From assembly GCF_963921235.1 (NCBI RefSeq), contig NC_086108.1:76820001-76884000 (forward strand): DNA of 64,000 nt, read 5' to 3'. Made by a program: the position numbers and the translations under genes. This document shows positions 1 to 12,582 of the stretch, piece after piece; the first letter of the stretch is position 1, and each line of letters begins with the position of its first letter. The DNA comes from Mobula hypostoma (taxonomy: Eukaryota). Under the pieces are notes generated by a model. That model was not told the origin of the DNA. It searched no databases and was given only the letters and a program-made list of their open reading frames with translations.

Positions 1-94
1 CCAAGTATCTAAACGACAATGTTCACGCTATTTTTCTGATAAGTCATTCTGATGAACGCCAGTGATTGGGATGCAATATCGTGTGGGAAAGTGG

Positions 95-210
95 GAGGAA
101 AACATAGAGGGTTGGAAGTACTTCAGCCCTTTTGTGTGTGTTGCTTGTGGTTTGGAACTTTTTGCTGGCTTGGACTCAATGGGCCGAAGGGCCTGTTCTC
201 ATGCTGCATT
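95..210 (+). mobile_element. CR1 LINE 3' tail fragment
   Basis: GGCTTGGACTCAATGGGCCGAAGGGCCTGTTCTCATGCTG matches the CR1 3'UTR motif seen in other copies in this window. Confidence 0.55.
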
Positions 211-1429
211 GCCCTATGAAAATGGTTCAAATGTGGGGAGGAACATGTACAGCCTTCTCTCAAAATAATTCTAAACATTGTACCTTTTAAACAAATTGTT
301 CACATGAAATTGATCTGTAATTGCTCCTCCCACCCCCCCCACCCCCTCAAGTGTCTCATTTCATTTGCTGGAAATCCATGTCCATCAGGCTAGCAGTTTG
401 CTTACATGCCGTCTATTGTATTTGTACAGTTATTACTGTTATTGGGCAGCATTGCTGGAAACTCAGTCGTCACATTGATCAGGTGTTGTGTCTATTAAGC
501 AAAGCCCTCCACCACTGACACCAATCCTGACAATCAATTGGTGCCTGAAAAACGGAGGAAGGCCTCAATTAACTGGCATTGATGATATTTTGAGCACGCA
601 GGTTTCCAGTGCAGGACTGTGCGACGATTACAGTCTTGATGGAAAGCAGCTTCCCGCTAGGGGTATATGCCCAGCTTTATGGCTGTTTACCTGGTTTCTA
701 ACTTCTACCAAGCTGCAATATGATAATTGTACTGAAAGCATTAGTTTTTGCAATTAAAATTTCCTCAGGGTCTCATACTGAGCTGCAGGAACTGATGGAT
801 ATCTACCACCTCCGCCAGTGTGTTGTGAATTTTGAAAGCAGATCCACAACTTTCACACTATCTGCACTTTGTTCCCGGAATTGCCATTGCAGTTTGCTGT
901 ATCCAGTCTATTCTCACTCTCAGTGGCGAAAAAAAAGTTGGCGAGTAAAATGTCCATCCTCTTAGACGCAACTGAAACGTTGTTCTTTTCCCATGAAAAT
1001 CAATTTTGACTTGGAGCTGTCAAGTCAATCTATTAGTGATTCATTTGCTAACTGACAATAGTGCAACTACACCTGATAGGTATAAGTATGTATACGCGTT
1101 TTCTGTATGAAAGAGAAGCTTGTCGGTTTCAGATATCAGGCATAGCCTGCGATCTATAAGGGCTCATATAGCTTGCACTCTTGTTTGGGCTGATCTGAGC
1201 TGCCTCTCTCCTCCAGGGGAAACTCATGTCACTTTATGTTAGCCCATACAGCTGCTGGCTGTTAACTCAAACTGCACTTAGCAGAAACAGACCGAGAAAT
1301 TGAAACACGGAGCGTTCCTAAGTGTGCTGCCCAAGAGGTGGAGGCAGAGAAGAGGGCGAGCATTTTTGGCAGCCTGTGTTCAAATGAGCAGAAATTACTG
1401 AAATGATAATAAATGTAGATGGTCTGGAC

Positions 1430-2050
1430 AAAATGAAATGATCCATCTCGGTGCATAAGCAGCACTTGAGCCGCATTCAATCAGCCTGTCAAACTTATTG
1501 CCTGGCATTTTTGTGAAGAATCTGTCCACTAAAATTTTTTGTCATTCCTATTTCCTTGTTATCAGTCCGCTCCTCAATGGCGACCAGAGATTAACAACAA
1601 TTCATAGAGCACATCCATTCCTGATAAACCTTATCCATTACTTCACGATCCGCGGGTCCATCCCATTTCACCTCAACCATTTATCATCTTTAACGCTGAC
1701 AGCTAAACAGAGTGCTTTAAAATTTATCTCGGTGTGTCGACAGGGCGGATCTATTCGTCAACCTGTAGAGGTGCAGTTTAGCCTCTTCCTCTTCTTATCA
1801 GGATTCCACAGTAAAAGATTTGGCAGAGATGCCCGATTAATCATTGGCCGCATCAATTTGCTTGATTTACTCTCTTGTGGGAAAAGGGTGTAAACACAGC
1901 GTACTGAGGCAGCGCGAAACATAATGTGTCTGTCTATAGGAAAAACATTAGCAGATCATCCTGTCTTGTGATTGATGGAGAAGTGAAAGGCACAACTCTG
2001 GCGGGTTTGAATCTTACAAAGGACAATAAAAAGGTGAAGCTGTTTCTTTA
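1430..2050. promoter_or_regulatory. Candidate conserved non-coding element / enhancer
   Basis: Non-repetitive with many retained CpGs. TGATAAAT (minus, 1679-1686) lies next to TGACAG (1697-1702); TGATTGATGG at 1969-1978. Conservation not verified. Confidence 0.45.
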
Positions 2051-4027
2051 AAAAAAGATAATCAGAAGTCCAATTTAAGACATAACATCTCAACAAGAAC
2101 TTTGATGTTTTAATTTATGTTTGCAAATATAAAATCGTTTATAGTTAAGGGAAAAATCGTCCAAGTGGAAAAATGGATACTTACCATTGCATTTAACAGT
2201 AAGATATTTGTAGTTAATTATTTTTCTTGGCATCTTCATGCAAAAACTCTCTAAGTTTTTGTAGTGTCCAGCAATACTAGGGTTAAGCAGAAAATAACAT
2301 ATACAGTTTCAGCAGTGGGTCAATACTGCCTTGAACAAAGGTTTCATCAAGATTTAATTCTTTTCTCTTTGGCTTTCACAGTGTGTCTTTGGGTGTCTCT
2401 CTCACTCTGTCTCTCCCCCGCACTCAATGTCCTCTTAACTGAAGTTTTTCCAGCAAAAACTAAAATGTAAAAAAAGGAAATGTATTCCAGTATAAATCTA
2501 TCATCTATCAAGGCAGTGACAGATGGCTTGCTGGATTGTGTTTCATTATAAAACATTGCAGGAGTCACTCAGATTCATACTGACACACTCTGAAAAATTC
2601 TGCAAGAATTGGCAGCCAACCTGTTAGGGAGGAGACCAGATTAGAAATTACAGTCGAACATGCACAGCTTTTTAATGCTTGAATAATGCCATTCATAATC
2701 AACTATTTGTACATAATGGGATTACCTTCTTATCTTTAGCTGGTTTGCTTTTCTTTTCCACCAATCTACCTGACGGTTCTGATTTCACATGCTAACGTGT
2801 TATTATCTATGTTTCAGTTTAGCACTTGCTATTGTGCAATTATGATGTTAATTAGTGATACTATTTGTAAAACATTGATATTTTTGTTTTAGTTTGATCC
2901 ATTGCCAGGAGTCAGCTGGGTTATTTCCTGAAGAATTGTTCTCTTCATCTTCATAGAATGATGCTGCACTAGGTTTTAGGAAGACATTGGACAGAAAGGA
3001 CGCTCGCTCTAACCAGTTTGAGCAATCTGAATGAGTTGAGAGTGAAGGAATGATGAATGTCTCAGTGTTTGCCCTCAGATCCCAATTAAAATGGAATTAC
3101 ATCAATGCACCAAGGCTGCTTTGATAGTGTTGCGACTTGATGCCAGTAAAAGGGAAGTTCGTTAAAGGATGTGCTAATTGCAACATTAGTAATCCAGGAT
3201 CAACACTGTAGGATCTTTAATGAATACCTGCTTTCGCTAGTATATCACAGAGCTGACCAATTTTCCAGTGGATTGTAGGAGTAGATACAAATAGCCTTGG
3301 AAAACCAATGAGCAGCTGGGGGCCTCAAATATCTAGTCAGCTGCCTCCTTTGCATGTGCAAGTATTTATTGCTTGTTTCTGCATGAGCACTTAGGATAAT
3401 ATTTTGGCCTTTACCTATGTAGCTGCAGGCACACATTAGGCTAGCTATAAGTATGCTCTTCATTATCACTGTAGGAGTTTTAAGAGATCAAAAAAAGGTG
3501 ACGACCGGCCAAATTTCTAGGATAGTTGGTTCTAACAGGCCACTCACCCGAGAGGAGGACGTCACGATCTCTCCTATATCTTGCTGTACAGATTCCTGTG
3601 GTACTAAAGGGATGTTGATAGCATTTGTGGTTCATTAATGCTGTCAGTACCAGATAAACTCTTTGCAAATCTTCGAAGGACCTTACCACTACTGGTATGA
3701 AGATAAAGGTGAAATTCCCTGAAGCTGTTACTACTGAAGCTTTCAAAGCAGTTCATAAAAACTATTCTGTAAGGCTGAACATCAGAGAGAAGTACGAGAG
3801 GATCCCTTGGGAATGTTGACTTTGTATCATAGCTGGTATGGTTTGGACTTCCATCGACTGCACCAAAAGAATGTATAACTCGCCTAAAATCTAGCAAAAT
3901 GATAACATTTCAAGTATAAATTATTTCTATTAGATTTTCGTTTACATTAATTTAGAAAACATTGCACATATCATTTTGCAACCATAAAATGGCAAACCCT
4001 CAGACTGAATTTTGTTTTTTGGAGAGC

Positions 4028-4342
4028 TAATGTGACCAGCATTTATTCTCCACCTTAAAATGAGTCAAGCAGGATGGTTTTGGAAGCTATCCTTACCGTG
4101 ATCTGGAATTGTACATGGGCCAGGCTAGGTAAGTATGGTCAATTTCTTCTGCCAAAGGACCAGGGTAAAATGAGTTTTTAGAATAATCCAGTTGTTTTAT
4201 GATTATCATGACTGAGATTTTATTTCGATTCCAGAATTTAAAATCTACAACTACCATGATGAGATTTGAATTTAGGTTTTTGGATTGTTGGTCAGACCCC
4301 TGAGTTAGTTACTCACTATTTTAACTACTGCGCCATCGTACT
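4028..4342 (-). mobile_element. Old tRNA-derived chondrichthyan SINE
   Basis: Minus strand begins with a tRNA-like head (ATGGCGCAGTAGTT...) and ends with an AATAAATGCTGG tail; highly decayed. Confidence 0.55.
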
Positions 4343-5284
4343 CAATCATTGCAATCTCTTTTGCTGGTTTATGCTAATTGTATTAGTTTGTATGCCTTGT
4401 ACATGGTTCATAAACTAAGGTGACCAATTTTAAAAAAAGAAAGGCTGCATTTATTTATATGACCTCCTTGTAAGTCTACTGTGCTTTCTGCACAAAATCT
4501 TGTAGTAATCAAGTATTTCTGAAAAGTAGGCACTAATGTATGGTAGGAAATGGAACTCCAATTTTCAAAAGTTTACAAAGCTGTTGAACACACTGATTAG
4601 AGTTTATCAATATGATCTTAAGCTCATATATTTAAAATTTTATTATTGATAGTAAGTTGAACTTAGATTAAAAATGCTTCTCTTCTGCAATAAAATTCAT
4701 TTGGTTGTCATGTTAATTAAACTGCATCTTGTTAGTTCTCAAGTTTTAAAGATTTTTTTCAGCAAAGATTTGTTAGTCCATTTAAAATTCTAAAATTCTT
4801 GTCAATTATCTTGGTTCATGGCAAATTTTAATTAGTTGTTTTGTAAATAAATTGCAATAAATATTGGCAAAGAAAATATTCAATGTTGATGCAATTTGTA
4901 CCCACATCGCAGATTGTGCCCAATAAATTTGATCTCTCTATATTGTCTAAAAGAGAAGGTGTAATGGTATCTGTGAACAAAGCTGGCTTTTCTTCTTTAT
5001 TTAAATGGTCAAATCCTTCTGAAAATTCATTAAAATGTATAGTTGTCTGACCGTTTCTCACTGTGAAGGCATACAGTGTATAAAACCATGGAGTTTTGTA
5101 GTAACAAATCTCTGGTATTGAAACCACTGTAATTCCTCAATTAAGGAAGAGAAATATCAGTAGTGTAGAAATCATATTGCACTTAAAACATGAGATAATA
5201 TGTTCTGCTAATTGTTTTTCATATATATAAAGTAACATGAATAGTACAGTTATTCATAATAAATATGCATAATATTAGGAGTTT

Positions 5285-7300
5285 TCTGTAAAGTGTGAAG
5301 CATGCTAGTTAGGTTAGGAACAAACTTTGCGGAGTATGCTCGTAGTCCAAAGAAAGATCTTAATTGACTTAAATTCGGTGGTGATGGAGCCTCCACAATT
5401 CTCTTCACCTTTGGTGCCTTGTGAAGCACTGAGTTGTCAATCACTTGGCCCAAATATTCAACCGAAGGTCGAAGGAGCTCACACTTGTCCTTCCGGACAC
5501 TTAGCCCATATTCCTTGAGGCTTTGTAGTGTACCATCCAAGTTTTGTAGGTGTTCATGCTCATTTTTCCCAGTAATGAGTAAGTCACCGAAGCAGCATTG
5601 CACCTCTGTCAAACCATTTAGGATCTGGCCCATTGCTCACTGAAAAAGTGCGGGGAGCTGAGGTGATGCCACACGGAATCCCCCAGTACCTGAACATTCT
5701 TCTGTGAGTCACTATGCTCAACAGTTCCTGTGACTCTGGCTCCACGTGCCTCTGTAAGTACGCCTGACAGAAGTTAATTTTGCTAAATGTCTGTCCTCCA
5801 GCCAATCCTGCAAAAAGGTCATCAATGAGGGGAAGAGGATATTGTTCAGCTGTAAGAACTGGGTTAATGGTTACCTTGAAGTCTTTAAAAAGTCTAGAAT
5901 ACCCATCCCTTTTTTAGGATAAGAACCACCAGGGTTGCATATTTACTTACACACACTGGTTCCAACATCTTACTCTGGACCAGTCTTTCCAATTTGGCCT
6001 CTACCTTTAGTTTAAGGGCATACGGTCTTGGGTGTTATGTTAGGCTTAACAGCCAGCTTAACAGTGATTCGCTTCCTACTGCCCAAATCTCTGTTCAATA
6101 CTTCTGCTTCTTTCTTCAATATCTCTTGTAGATCAGGATTTCCACCAATCAAGTGCATTTCGTTTGAGCTGGTCCAATCACAGCACCCCAGAAATGCTTG
6201 ATCACTACCTTTAACAATGTACAGTGGAGGTTTCTTTCTCTGTTCATTATTCTCTACTGTAACTTGTCCTACTCCCCCTCACTGGAACAATCTCACCAAT
6301 GTAGGTCTTTAAAGTCAACCCTTCCCCCCTCTGGAGTGAGATGCTGTAATTTCTCCTTGTAACCTGTCCCTGACATCAGTGATACTGCAGCACCTGTGTC
6401 CACCTGCATCCTCTCTAAGGCCCCACCCAACCACGCGGTCACTCAATAGCTGTCTTTGTGTCATGAAACAGATAAAACTTGCAATGCTTTTTCAACTACA
6501 TGTACAGAGCAAAAGTCACTCATTCCATCCTCAGTATGCTCCATTTTGTTCATGTTTCTTTTTATTTTTCCAAAAGTCATTTGTCTTTATTACAATGTTG
6601 TTGGTTGATGAAGTATTTTTACTTTTACAGGCATATTCATTATGTTCCTTTTTGCCACTGCTTCAGAAATCTAAATCCTTACACCAGCTTTCTTCTGCTA
6701 AACGCTCAGTTTTGCCACAATGGCAAATATATAGTCTTATTCTTAAAGTCAGTAGAAACTTTATGAACTTGGGAAGCTGCACTTAATAGCTGTGCTTCTT
6801 TAGCTGTCATCTCCACAGGTATACTAATCTCAATTGCCTTCTGTAATGTCAGTCCATCTTCTGTAAGCAAACGTTTCTGAATTGCCTCATTATGCAGACT
6901 GTATATGAGTCTATCACAGAACGTGTCATTCAGTGACTGCCCAAAATCACCGTGTACAGACAATTACTTCAGCACCGCCACAAACTGTGAAATAGATTCG
7001 CCTTCCTCTTGATTCCTTTTATGAAATCTAAACCTCTCAGCAATAATCAAAGGTTTAAGTGAATAGTGGTCTTTTATGACTTTAACTATGTCCTCATAAG
7101 GCTTATCGCCAGGCCTAGCAGGTTGCACTAGGATGTGTTTTTGCATCCATCACAGCCAGAAATGTTGGAACATGAATATCATCTGAAATTTGATTTTTCA
7201 GTGCAAAATATTCAAATCTTTCAGTATATGAACTCCATTGCTCTGTTGTTTTGTCACACAGCCCCATACTTCCAGATATTGTCACCATTTTCAAACACAA
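5285..7300 (-). mobile_element. Decayed Ty3/Gypsy LTR retrotransposon internal region (gag, protease, RT; K02A2.6-like)
   Basis: Gag motifs WSSYTERFEYF, IIAERFRFHKRNQEEGESISQFVAVLK and AIQKRLLTE. Protease VDTGAAVS at 6380-6403. RT motifs YPLPLIDDLFAGLAGG, GITSAP and VEYLG. Many stops and frameshifts; no LTR, RNase H or integrase seen. Confidence 0.9.
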
Positions 7301-7322
7301 TCACGTTTCAGAAAAGTTAGCT

Positions 7323-9910
7323 AGACTTATCAGAAGGCCTTTGACAAGGTGTCACACATGAGGCTGCTTAACAAGATAAGAGCCCATGGTATTACAGGGC
7401 AGCTACTAGCATGGGTGGAGCTTTTGCTGATCAGCAGAAAGCAGGGAGTGGGAATAAAGGGATCCTATTCTGGCTGGCTACCGGTTACCAGTGGAGTTCC
7501 ACAAAGGTCAATGTTGGGATCGCTGCTTTTTATGATGTATGTCAATGATTTGGACTATGGGATTCATGGATTTGTGGCTAAATTTGCCAATGACACAATG
7601 ATAGGTGGAGGAGCGGGTAGTGTTGAGGAAATAGAGAGCCTGCAGAGAGACTTAGATCGTTTACGGAGTGGACGAAGAAGTGGCAAATGAAATACAATAT
7701 TGGAAAATGTATAGTCATGCACTTTGGTGGAAGAAATAAATAGGTAGACTATTATTTAGATGGGGAGAGAATTCAAAATGCAGAGATGCAAAGGGACTTG
7801 TGAGTCCTTGTGCAGGATACCCTAAAGGTTAATCTCCAGGTTGAGTCGGTGGTGAAGAAGGCGAATGCAATGTTGTCATTCATTTCTAGAGGTATAGAAT
7901 ATAAGAGCAGGGATGTGATGTTGAGGCTCTATAAGGCACTCATGAGACCACACTTGGAATATTGTGTGCAGTTTTGGGCTCCTTATTTTAGAAAAGATAT
8001 ACTAACATTGGAGAGGGTTAAGAGAAGATTCACGAGAATGATTCCAGGAATGAAAGGGTTACCGTATAAGGAACGTCTGGCAGCTTTTGGGTTATATTCC
8101 CTTGTGTTCAAGCAAATGAGGGGAGATCTCATAGAAACATTCCAAATACTAAAAACCTGAACAGATTAGATATGGTAAAGTTATTTCCCATGGTAGGGGA
8201 GTCTAGGACAAAAGGGCATGACTTCAGGATTGAAGAACATCCATTTAGAACAGAGGTGCGGAGAAATTACTTTAGTCAGAGGGCAGTAAATCTGTGGGAC
8301 TTGTTGCCACGAGTGGCTGTGGAGGCCAAGTCACTGGATGTATTTAAGGCAGAGATAGATCACAGTCATAGTCATAGTCATACTTTATTGATCCCGAGGG
8401 AAATTGGTTTTCGTTACAGTCGCACCATAAATAATTAAATAGTAATATGTAAATTATGCCAGTAAATTATGAAATAAGTCCAGGACCAGCCTGTTGGCTC
8501 AGGGTGTTTGACCCTCCAAGGGAGGAGTTGTAAAGTTTGATGGCCACAGGCAGGAATGACTTCCTATGACGCTCAGTGTTGCACCTCGGTGGAATGAGTC
8601 TCTGGCTGAATGTACTCCTGTGCCCAACCAGTCCATTATGTAGTGGATGGGAGACATTGTCCAAGATGGCATGCAACTTGAACAGCATCCTCTTTTCAGA
8701 CACCACCGTCAGAGAGTCTAGTTCCATCCCCACAACATCACTGGCCTTACCAATGAGTTTGTTGATTCTGCTGGTGTCTGCTACCCTCAGCCTGCTGCCC
8801 CAGCACACAACAGCAAACATGATAGCACTGGCCTCCACAGACTCATAGAACATCTTCAGCATCGTCCGACAGATATTAAAGGACCTCAGTCTCCTCAGGA
8901 AATAGAGACGGCTCTGACCCTTCTTGTAGACAGCCTCAGTGTTCTTTGACCAGTCCAGTTCATTGTCAATTTGTATCCCTAGGTATTTGTAATCCTCCAC
9001 CATGTCCACACTAATCCCTTGGATGGAAACAGGGGTCACCAATGCCTTAGCCCTCCTCAGGTCTACCACCAGCTCCTTAGACTTTTTCACATTAAGCTGC
9101 AGATAATTCTGCTCACACCATGTGACAAAGTTTCCTACCGTAGCCCTGTACTCAGCCTCATCTCCCTTGCTGATGCATCCAACTATGGCAGAGTCATCAG
9201 AAAACTTCTGAAGATGACAAGACTCTATGCAGTTGTTGAAGTGCGAGGTGTAAATGGTGAAGAGAAAGGGAGACAAGACAGTCCCCTGTGGAGCCCCAGT
9301 GCTGCTGATCACTCTGTCGGACACACAGTGTTGCAATCACACGTACTGTGGTCTGCCAGTCAGGTAATCTAGAATCCATGACACCAGGAAAGCATCCACC
9401 TGCATCGCTGTCAGCTTCTCCCCCAGCAGAGCAGGGCGGATGGTGTTGAACGCACTGGAGAAGTCAAAAAACATGACCCTCACAGTGCTCGCTGGCTTGT
9501 CCAGGTGGGTGTAGACATGGCTCAGCAGGTAGACGATGACATCCTCAACTCCTAGTCGGGGCTGGTAGGCGAACTGGAGGGGATCTAAGTGTGGCCTAAC
9601 CATAGGCCGGAGCAACTCCAGAACAAGTCTCTCCAGGGTCTTCATGATGTGGGAGGTCAATGCCACCATTCTGTAGTCATTGAGGCCGCTGGGGCGCGGC
9701 GTCTTTGGCATGTCTTCCAGAACACAGGAACCCTCTGGAGACTCTCTGGAGATAGGTTCTTGATTAGCCAGGGCATCAAAGGGTATGGGGAGCAGGCAGG
9801 GGAGTGGGGTTGACTGGAAGAATTGGATCAGCCTTGATTGAATGGTGGAGCAGAATCGATGGGCTGAATGACCTACATCTGCTCCTTTATCTTATGGTCT
9901 TCTGGTCTTA
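7323..9910 (+). mobile_element. 5'-truncated CR1 LINE (ORF2 RT C-terminus plus 3'UTR), split by a Rex1 insertion at 8361-9749
   Basis: FDKVSHMRLL, SGVPQRSMLG, KFANDT, RPHLEYCVQFWAP, RGDLIETF. CR1 sequence stops at GCAGAGATAGAT (8360) and resumes as GATAGGTTCTTGATTAGCC (~9750), ending in a CTTATGGTCTT-type tail. Confidence 0.92.
8361..9749 (-). mobile_element. 5'-truncated Rex1/Babar-type LINE (RT plus C-terminal domain) with (TATGAC)n tail
   Basis: ORFs 9337-9711 and 8467-9336 are in frame, separated by one TGA. Motifs DYRMVALTS, DPLQFAY, FFDFSSAFNTI, GAPQGTVLSPFLF, FSDD and YKYLG. 3' end AATAAAGTATGACTATGACTATGAC on the minus strand. Confidence 0.92.
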
Positions 9911-12245
9911 TCCGTTTCCCTTTCCCTCTGTTATTTGTTTTACTTAATCGTCCCATTCGCATTGTCTCCCCTCAGATCCTTCACTCACCACACTTCCTGC
10001 AACTATTTTCTCAAGGCATGCATATCTTCTTTTTGCTTGCCCACATTACACAATGGTACACAGCCCGCAATGCTCACAGACCTTTCCTGCTGAAGGGAAC
10101 AAAACAATAAATATCACGTGAGGACTTATCACCTGGTCACCAGTTATGTTTGTGGCACTGGGAAGCCGGGTGGCTGTGAACAACACGCACGAGAGACGGA
10201 GGGATGAGGAACAAATGTGCCGCCGTTTATTTTGCTTGCCAGCCATCTACCCAGAATGCCCTCTCACACTACATTCAGTATGTAACCCACTGGGAAGCTT
10301 GACAGCAACCAATAAGGGTCAAAATATACCTGAATACATAACGTGCACAGTGCCTTACTTCGGCTGGAGGTCTTAAAGAGATGATTCTTCATAGAATCAT
10401 AGGCAGCACTTGGCTGAAACAGTAAAAGTGACAGGAAGAATGTAGGTATGTCGCTTGTTTACACATTTTGATGTGGGGAGATGGAGATGAAGCAAGAATT
10501 ATTGTTGTCTCAATGTTCTACACCAAGGAAAGTAAATCAGAAGCGATCTGATCTGTTTGGGCATCAAAGAAGTATATATCATTACATTCTGTGGTATATT
10601 CAACAATACTTCACATAGAGAAGAGGGTTCCAGCAGATCTCCTTCCCTATAAAAGGGCTTCCTTTCCTGATTGAGACTATGCTGTTTCTTCATTACACAT
10701 CCATGGTTCACTGTTGCAACGAGAATGTCAACCATGCAATGCATAATAATTGAGCTCACTGCTGCATGCTTGCCAGTTGTCATGCTTAGGTGCACCATGT
10801 ACAAAAAGTACTTTATTCTTATTGCTGTTATGGGCTCTGCATGTTAGGAAGAGTTGATAGCATTCAATCAGAAAGTGCGTAAAAACATGTTCCACACAAT
10901 TTAATTTCTGGACCCATGAGTTTAAAAATGTGTATTTCATATTGTAATATTAATGTAAATTACTATTAGATTTCATACCACGTTATACCTAAAAGTAACA
11001 TTCACATTTCATGGATTATTCAGAAGGTACTAAAGTAATCCTTCAGGCATATTTTTCAAAACTGGAACAGTCTCTAGTTTTCTCAGTGAGAGTGCAGCAT
11101 CCATTGGGAAGTTTGATAGCCCGAATCCACGCCTGTAAGTATTATTACAGAAATTAAAGCGTTCATGGAAGCTTTATTCAGTACAATGTTAACTCTAATA
11201 GAATAGTGAAAGAAGCAGCTTTTATGAAGATGGACTTTGGGGATGTACATGGAGATAGCAAAATGGGATGCATTTTGGCTGTTGCTTGAGATAGCAAAAA
11301 TGCATTATTTGCCATAAACTAAGGAACAAACAAAGGCACAACTGATATTCAGTGATGTTATCATTCATAGAAAAATCCAAAATGGAGTCCAGAATAACAT
11401 GTTAAAAAAACAAAATTTAGATTATTAAGTTTTTGGCCCTATTGATTATAAATTGGCAGGAGACCTTTCATCTATCAGATTTGTTATTTTGGAACTGTTA
11501 TTCTCAGACTGGGATCTTAAATTAATAATAAAGCACTTCATGTCATCGTCTGTATTTCCATCTCCTCTCCCTTTATAACATTCTGCATTGTAATTTAATC
11601 TAAAACCAATTATGACAGTGTCTGTGTACATGGATGTGTTAGAAAATGACTTCAGTCATATTGAATTGATTACTGCATAATTTACCTGATTCAGGTGATT
11701 AATTTGCAGATACTGTTTATGATAGTGCCAAGAATGGTGGAATTATTCGTAAGTTATCTGGCAAAGGTGATAAATTATGGAACATTGTTCAACCTTAGGC
11801 GATTTCATCTCAAATTAATTAAGTAAAAAATTAGACCCTCTCCCACAAAAAATTGTAAAAGAGTATACCTGCTATGGGGTGATGGGGTTCGTCTGAGCCA
11901 TTCTCAACTGCAATAATAGGCATGATGTGGGATTTTTAATATCATTCAGTTTATCAACTGACCATTATTTTATGTAAACAATTGAGAAAATGATGGGAAA
12001 TTTTGACAGGGAAAATTTTTCATCAATAAAGGATGGGCCATTAAGAGGAAGGAATTGCGTCCTGACATTACATCACCAATTGTGTTGGCCATTACTAATC
12101 TTCTGATTTCAATTTTTTAAAATAATAAAGATTTAAAAGGAACACCAAAATAAACCTGGCACTGCGACAAGTGTGGCTTTTCGGGAACATTCAGGAAGAG
12201 GCAACTTAAAAGGGCTTCGACTGTGGCAATATCAGTAATACCATA

Positions 12246-12582
12246 TAGGGGTATAGCTAGGGTAAATGCAAGCAGGCTTTTTCCACTGAGGTTGGGTGGG
12301 ACTACAACCAGAGGTCATGGGATAAGAGTGAAAAATGACAAGTTTAAGGGGAACATGAGGGGAAACCTCTTCACTCAGAGGATAGTGAGAGTGTGGAACG
12401 GGCTGCCAGCACAAGTGGTGCATGCAAGCTCGATTTCAATGTTTAAGCGAAGTTTGGATAGGTACGTGGATGGTAGGGGTATGGAGGGCTATGGCCCGGG
12501 CATAGGTCGATGGGAGTAGACAGTTTAAATGGACTAGATGGGATGAAGGGCTGTTTCTATGCTGTACGTATCTATGACTATG
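12246..12582 (+). mobile_element. CR1 LINE 3' fragment
   Basis: TRGHG..., FTQRIVRVWNGLP and FKRSLDRYVD followed by a CR1 3'UTR. Confidence 0.85.

Noticed and set aside
1498..1893. 131-aa ORF as a gene
   Set aside because: No recognisable domain or splice structure; better explained as non-coding constrained sequence.
10110..10400. ITWSP and VPYFG as mononegaviral L capping-domain motifs
   Set aside because: The GxxT and HR motifs are absent; the resemblance is too short to support.
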